Shown: positions 62,801-64,000 of the stretch, piece by piece
Layout of the letters: each line of letters opens with the position of its first letter
How positions within the stretch are numbered: position 1 is the stretch's first letter
Source of the DNA: Squalus acanthias
Lineage: Eukaryota
DNA: 64,000 nucleotides
NCBI GenBank assembly: GCA_030390025.1
Contig: CM059431.1
Span: forward strand, 138,448,001-138,512,000
Direction of reading: 5' to 3'
The notes under the pieces: model-generated
The model's input: only the letters and a program-made list of their open reading frames with translations
Databases searched by the model: none
What the model was told of the DNA's origin: nothing
Program-made: the position numbers and the translations under genes

Positions 62801-64000
62801 CCAGAGACTGACCGAGACCTCCTCCAGAGGGGACTGACCGAGACCTCCTCCAGAGGGGACTGACCGAGACCTCCTCCAGAGGGGACTGACCGAGACCTCC
62901 TGCAGAGGAGACTGACCGAGACCTCCTCCAGAGGAGACTGACCGAGACCTCCTACAGAGGGGACTGACCGAGACCTCCTCCAGAGGGGACTGACCGAGAC
63001 CTCCTCCAGAGGAGACTGACCGAGACCTCCTCCAGAGGGGACTGACCGAGACCTCCTCCAGAGGAGACTGACCGAGACCTCCTCCAGAAGAGACTGACCG
63101 AGACCTCCTCCAGAGGGACTGACCGAGACCTCCTCCAGAGGGACTGACCGAGACCTCCTCCAGAGGAGACTGACCGAGACCTCCTCCAGAGACTGACCGA
63201 GACCTCCTCCAGAGGAGGCTGACCGAGACCTCCTCCAGAGGTGACTGACCGAGACCTCCTCCAGAGGGGACTGAACGAGACCTCCTCCAGAGACTGACCG
63301 AGAACCTCCTCCAGAGACTGACCGAGACCTCCTCCAGAGGAGACTGACCGAGAAATCCTCCAGAGGAGACTGACCGAGACCTCCTCCAGAGACTGACCGA
63401 GACCTCCTCCAGAGGGGACTGACCGAGACATCCTTCAGAGACTGACCGAGACCTCCTCCAGAGACTGACCAATACCTCCTCCAGAGGAGACTGACCGAAA
63501 CAACCTCCAGAGACTGACCGAGACCTCCTCCAGAGGAGACTGACCGAGACCTCCTCCAGAGGAGACTGACCGAGACCTCCTCCAGAGGAGACTGACCGAG
63601 ACCTCCTCCAGAGGAGACTGACCGAGATCTCCTCCAGAGACTGACCGAGACCTCCTCCAGAGACTGACCGAGTCCTCCTCCAGAGGGGACTGACCGAGAC
63701 CTCCTCCAGAGGGGACTGACCGAGACCTCCTCCAGAGGGGACTGACCGAGACCTCCTGCAGAGGAGACTGACCGAGACCTCCTCCAGAGACTGACCGAGA
63801 CCTCCTCCAGAGGGGACTGACCGAGACCTCCTCCAGAGACTGACCGAGACCTCACCCAGAGGGCACTGACCGAGACCTCCTCCAGAGGGGACTGACCGAG
63901 ACCTCCTGCAGAGGAGACTGACCGAGACCTCCTCCAGAGGAGACTGACCGAGACCTCCTCCAGAGGAGACTGACCGAGACCTGCTCCAGAGACTGACCGA
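26859..64000. repeat. Large satellite array (>37 kb, continues past window) of GACTGACCGAGACCTCCTCCAGA (23 bp) and 26-bp variants ending +GGA or +GGG
   Basis: Continuous head-to-tail repetition in one orientation. Each consensus unit carries GAGACC (BsaI site) and one CpG. Confidence 0.98.
57185..57463. other. Assembly gap (279 N)
   Basis: Run of N inside the satellite. Confidence 1.

Noticed and set aside
26800..63855. Long minus-strand ORFs up to 4699 aa (RRSRSVSSGGGLGQSPLEEVSVSLLW repeats)
   Set aside because: The consensus unit has no stop on the minus strand and both unit lengths are 2 mod 3, so all three frames give the same cycling peptide. ORFs end wherever a rare variant makes a stop. 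No unique domain, start context or codon-level constraint is visible.
26859..64000. CRISPR-like array
   Set aside because: No unique spacers, no cas genes, and a vertebrate context.

Overview
Eukaryotic, vertebrate DNA. The repeat families and the receptor gene suggest a shark or ray, which is inference only. Bases 1-26.8 kb hold an intact two-exon GPR139-like class A GPCR gene (3229-3298 + 4054-4982) and a tandem-duplicated pseudogene copy (15878-18622) split by a CR1 LINE. Around them are nested CR1 LINEs, a decayed PIF/Harbinger transposon, three copies of a ~750-bp Harbinger-type MITE whose internal hairpins covary, a Penelope-like fragment carrying a minimal hammerhead ribozyme motif, and several minisatellites (26, ~38, 67, 93 and ~41 bp). 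From ~26.86 kb to the window end is one satellite array of 23-bp and 26-bp units with a 279-N gap. Rare variants reveal a ~10.65-kb higher-order repeat, and the variant-free centre looks like a consensus/polishing artefact. The very long minus-strand ORFs in the array come from a stop-free repeat unit and are not evidence of genes.
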